From contig CBDASK010000003.1 of the NCBI GenBank assembly GCA_965199495.1, positions 4,160,001 to 4,224,000 of the forward strand: a stretch of DNA of 64,000 nucleotides, written 5' to 3'. The notes under the pieces were generated by a model that was not told the DNA's origin, ran no database searches, and was given only the letters and a program-made list of their open reading frames with translations. Shown in pieces: positions 60,479 to 64,000 of this stretch (position 1 is the first letter of the stretch; each line of letters starts with the position of its first letter). This DNA comes from Abditibacterium sp. (GTDB lineage Bacteria; Armatimonadota; Abditibacteriia; Abditibacteriales; Abditibacteriaceae). The position numbers and the translations under genes are program-made.

Positions 60479-62866
60479 TTAAGCCCGGCGCATGAGTTCA
60501 GGCAGTTCATCCAGCCGCACTGGCTGGTTTGTCGGCGTCACCAACACCACGGCTTCGATGCGCGCCGTGGCTGGCGTTGCGGGCACGATCAGGCGCCCGT
60601 AGTGCGCTAAGTGCGTGTAAGTCGTCAAATCGCCGCGCGACGCATCGCTATTTATCCGATACCACAGACACGGATAGGCATCTCGCTCATCGCTCAGCCG
60701 CTTTTCGTCGCTTGTATCGTTGATTTGAAAAGCCGACATCGGAGCTGCTGCGTCGGGTGTCATCCGTTCGAGACAGCGAAAACCAGAACCATCGGGCAAA
60801 CTGTCGATCACGCATTGCGCATTACCGCACGCCGGTTCGATGAACGGCCCTTCGACGCTGCCATCGCTGAGTATGTCGAAACAGAGTTTGCCCCAAAAAA
60901 GATTTGGATCGTAGGGCAAAGTGCCGTTGGGTCGCGCGTTGAAGAACATCGTCGTCGGATTGACGAAGAGCGACAGCCAGAAGCCAGTCGTCGGCATCGT
61001 CGCGCTCGCGCGCCACACGCCGCCGCCGTCGCGTCCCGCTTGCTCTATCCAAACGAAATACGCCGCCAACTTCGCCACGTCGCCGCCCGCCGCCTCGAAC
61101 TCCGCGCGGCTCAGCGTAAACGATTCCAGTTCCTCATTCCAAAACGAGCAGATATGAGTTCCGCCGCCGCCCGCGTTGAGAATCTCGACCACGCGATTGG
61201 CCGGGCCGATGCCATCGTCGCCATCGCGCGCCGTCACGAACAAACGCGCGTCTTCGCCCGCATTGCAAACCGTCGCGCGCCGAATGAAATAGGGAAACGC
61301 CGCATCGCGCAGCGTGCGACCATCGGCCACGGCGCAGATCGGCGCATCGTTTACATGGGGTCGCGCGCCTTCGCTGGCACCGGGCGCTTCGTCCACTGCG
61401 TCGGGCGCATCTTCGGGCTTTTGCTCCGACGGCGCGTGCGCGGGTTCGTCCGGCGGCGCTTGGCCGTCGCCGGGCGCATAGCCCCACAAATAGAGCCGAC
61501 TGCCGACCGCGCGCAGCCGTTGCCAGAAGTGCGTCGCGGTCGGGCGCTTCATGCCCGCAAATCCCTGCCAGCGCCCGCTTTCCATCCAGTCGAGATAAAG
61601 CGTCTCCGGCTCGTCGGAGCGCACCGCCCAGTAGCGCCCCAGATACAACTCCGCGCAGTTGGTGCCGTGCCACAGTGTTGACGGCCCGCTCAAATCGCGC
61701 CCGCCCACGCGCCGCACCATGCGATTGTAGTGCGCCGTGCCATCGCTGACGCCGCCGAAGTTCTCCGTCCAGAAAATCATTTCATTGGCTGATGGAAAGC
61801 GTAGACAGTTGCCGCCGGGATGCCCGTGGCTGCGGTCGGGGTAGCCGGGTAGCGCCTCGCGCACATCGGGCGCGTCGGGGTCGTAGCGAAACAAAGCGCA
61901 CTCGGTCAGGAAATAGAGCGTGCCATCGGGCGCCTGCACCAAATCGCTACAAAAATGATTGGTCTTGGCGCACTCGCACACGCCATCGGTGAAGCTGGTT
62001 TGCAATCCCAACAACTTCGCCGTGCCGTCGGCGCGCAGCAGCCACAACGCGGATTGCGGGCCATTTTCCGACGCCCGCAACCCGCCGATCAAAAGCGCAC
62101 CGGCGGGCGCGATGAACTGCCCGTCGTTGGTGCGAAGCGACTGCGTTAGCTCGCAGGACGCTGACACCGCGCGTGCCAAGGGGTCGAAGACAACGCGATA
62201 CTGCGCCGCGTTGGCGGGCGTGACAATCGCTTCGGTTTCGTCGTCGTTTTTGGCGTAAAGCGCCGCGCCCGGAGAAGGACAAACGCCCGCCGCGACGCTC
62301 CACTCGCCATCCCCTACGACAACGCGAAGCGCGCTCCACTCGCCGTCTTTGATACGCGCCGGGCCAAAGGGCGTCTCGAACACGGCGCCCGCGAAGGTGC
62401 GCGCCCACAGCAGATAGGCGCCATCGGGCACAATTCCCAACGCGCCATCGGCGCCCGACTGCGCGACCATCGCGCCGGTGGCACACGAGTAAAGTCGGGC
62501 GTCGGCCACGCCTTCGGGCACGCCCATCCCGTAATAATTGGCGCGGTAAAGCGTGATGCCCCTCGCCACGAGCGGCGCGCCCGACGCCACGCGGTCGAGC
62601 GGTTCGGGGAAACCGTTTGGGTTGAAGGTTTCGCGCGCCGCATCCAGGACGCGCAGATCGCCGACGACTTCGCGCGCGGGCATTGGGATAACGCCCGCCC
62701 ATGCGCCTTTGCGCTCGCTCCAGTAATGCTCGTCGTATTGCCACAACCCGTTTTGCACGCCCGCGAAAACTTGACCCGCGTGAGCGAGTGATTCCATCGT
62801 GCGAATTGAGGGTAGCGCCGTAAAATCGAAATGGGCGTGCGTTGGTATCAGTAAAGGGGCGGGCAT
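60479..62866 (-). CDS. hypothetical beta-rich (propeller-like) phage protein
   Basis: 795-aa ORF in the same operon. Confidence 0.6.
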   Translation of the reverse strand: MPAPLLIPTHAHFDFTALPSIRTMESLAHAGQVFAGVQNGLWQYDEHYWSERKGAWAGVIPMPAREVVGDLRVLDAARETFNPNGFPEPLDRVASGAPLVARGITLYRANYYGMGVPEGVADARLYSCATGAMVAQSGADGALGIVPDGAYLLWARTFAGAVFETPFGPARIKDGEWSALRVVVGDGEWSVAAGVCPSPGAALYAKNDDETEAIVTPANAAQYRVVFDPLARAVSASCELTQSLRTNDGQFIAPAGALLIGGLRASENGPQSALWLLRADGTAKLLGLQTSFTDGVCECAKTNHFCSDLVQAPDGTLYFLTECALFRYDPDAPDVREALPGYPDRSHGHPGGNCLRFPSANEMIFWTENFGGVSDGTAHYNRMVRRVGGRDLSGPSTLWHGTNCAELYLGRYWAVRSDEPETLYLDWMESGRWQGFAGMKRPTATHFWQRLRAVGSRLYLWGYAPGDGQAPPDEPAHAPSEQKPEDAPDAVDEAPGASEGARPHVNDAPICAVADGRTLRDAAFPYFIRRATVCNAGEDARLFVTARDGDDGIGPANRVVEILNAGGGGTHICSFWNEELESFTLSRAEFEAAGGDVAKLAAYFVWIEQAGRDGGGVWRASATMPTTGFWLSLFVNPTTMFFNARPNGTLPYDPNLFWGKLCFDILSDGSVEGPFIEPACGNAQCVIDSLPDGSGFRCLERMTPDAAAPMSAFQINDTSDEKRLSDERDAYPCLWYRINSDASRGDLTTYTHLAHYGRLIVPATPATARIEAVVLVTPTNQPVRLDELPELMRRA

Positions 62867-62869
62867 AAT

Positions 62870-63748
62870 TTAGGGGCCGACGGAGCCGAGGTCGGGATGG
62901 AAGGGCATTTCGAGCGGGGCATTGGTGTCGGGCGTGAAATCTGGTGTCGAGTTTTGCCCGTGCCCAAAATTGGCGCCCACGGCGGAAATTTGCAATCGCT
63001 CGATGGCGGGCGGGTTGACTTCGCCAAGGCCCACAGCGAGGGCGCCGATGGCCTCGCCCAGCAGATCGAACGGTTGCGGGAAAATGTCGTTGCCCTGCTG
63101 CAAGAGGGCGATTTGCGCCGCTAATGCGGCGATGGTGTTTTCGTTTTGTGCAATGCGGTTTTGGAGCGCGATGAAAGCAACCTGCGCGTTAAAATCAGCG
63201 TTGGGATCGGTTGGGTCGGCGGCTTCAAATTGCGCTAATCGCTCGTTGACGGTGCCTTTTTCGCGCGCTTCATCATCGTAACCGATGTCGGCCTGCAACT
63301 CTTCTAACAATGCAATTTTGCTGCGCGGTCGCCTGTCAACCCACTGTGTTTCAACCCATTGCGCCAATAGAAGTGCATCTGGCTCTTCTTCGTCTTCCGA
63401 CACGCGCAGTGTCGGCAACGCTCCGCGCGCCGAGTTGGTGCCCTGCGTGTCCTCGAATTCAGGGACGCGCAGAACCAAATGCAGATACTCGCCATCGCCG
63501 CGCGCAGGAATGGGAAGAGTATCAGGCACGCGAACGTAAATCGGCACGCCCGATTCGGTGCGAATAATCGCGCCGCCTGGCGCCACGGTGGATGTTCCCG
63601 CGAGCAGATCGGAGGCGCGCAAAACGCCGACGCCCAACGCCTCAAAAGCGCCGGGCAACTGTGCCTGCAAAATATCGCCGCGCAGATTGAGATCGTCTTC
63701 ATCAATTATGCTGTCAAAAGCGTAATCGGTCTTGATGTTATAGCTCAT
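62870..63748 (-). CDS. hypothetical phage structural-like protein with coiled coil
   Basis: 292 aa; LQNRIAQNENTIAALAAQI coiled coil; coupled to its neighbours. Confidence 0.6.
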   Translation of the reverse strand: MSYNIKTDYAFDSIIDEDDLNLRGDILQAQLPGAFEALGVGVLRASDLLAGTSTVAPGGAIIRTESGVPIYVRVPDTLPIPARGDGEYLHLVLRVPEFEDTQGTNSARGALPTLRVSEDEEEPDALLLAQWVETQWVDRRPRSKIALLEELQADIGYDDEAREKGTVNERLAQFEAADPTDPNADFNAQVAFIALQNRIAQNENTIAALAAQIALLQQGNDIFPQPFDLLGEAIGALAVGLGEVNPPAIERLQISAVGANFGHGQNSTPDFTPDTNAPLEMPFHPDLGSVGP

Positions 63749-63945
63749 CCCAATTTCCCCTCGTTAAGTGGCACTGTGCCGCAACGCAATGTGCGCCGCC
63801 CCAACGCGCGCGGTGTGGCTAACGCTCCATCAGTTGCGTCGGAGCGTTGGGCGTCGCGCATAATGGTGTTACGAAGCGGCGTTTGTTCGCTGGCTTTTGT
63901 GACCGCGCGCTCGACAATTTTGTTTTGAGATTCCCGAAGATGCAT
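63745..63945 (-). CDS. small hypothetical protein
   Basis: ATGA overlap with the downstream gene. Confidence 0.45.
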   Translation of the reverse strand: MHLRESQNKIVERAVTKASEQTPLRNTIMRDAQRSDATDGALATPRALGRRTLRCGTVPLNEGKLG

Positions 63946-64000
63946 TTTTATAATCCTGTTGCCGACAGTGCGCGCGCTGTGACCTGGGTGGAGCGTTCGG

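Larger units (their letters stand above)
54972..64000 (-). mobile_element. prophage-like tail/receptor-binding module (continues beyond the window)
   Basis: Tightly packed co-oriented hypothetical genes with tail-fibre-like motifs and mosaic GC; no capsid, terminase or phage integrase in the window. Confidence 0.65.

Noticed and set aside
54972..64000. Diversity-generating retroelement or invertible tail-fibre locus
   Set aside because: No reverse transcriptase, template/variable repeat pair or invertase in the window.

Overview
Bacterial chromosomal window, about 58-60% GC by eye. Gene content suggests an Abditibacteriota/Armatimonadota-like organism, but this is a tentative inference. Housekeeping genes: a pyr operon (PyrR attenuator, pyrR-pyrB-pyrC-carA and an N-terminal-half-only carB), purF-purM, glyA, dcd and tRNA-Pro/Gly/Arg. 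Accessory content: (i) a DosS/DosR/Acg-like haem oxygen-sensing module with a lone cytochrome c oxidase subunit I; (ii) an insertion hot spot between carA and carB with a GNAT toxin, two short DUF1778 antitoxins and a duplicated carB 5' end; (iii) ExbB-ExbD plus a TonB-like protein ending in a vWA domain; (iv) an integron (intI, attI, one ankyrin cassette, attC); (v) from about 54 kb to the end, a prophage-like tail module in which a GT9 glycosyltransferase overlaps the gene for a 1051-aa protein with long (Gly-Ser)n tracts. Non-genic signals: several families of REP-cored long palindromes, and a strongly over-represented dispersed motif GCAGCCACG(B)CG. I counted 24 exact 9-mer copies by eye, on both strands and in several reading frames, with one inverted pair forming a terminator; this resembles a DNA-uptake sequence. 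All calls come from reading motifs by eye; no database searches were run.
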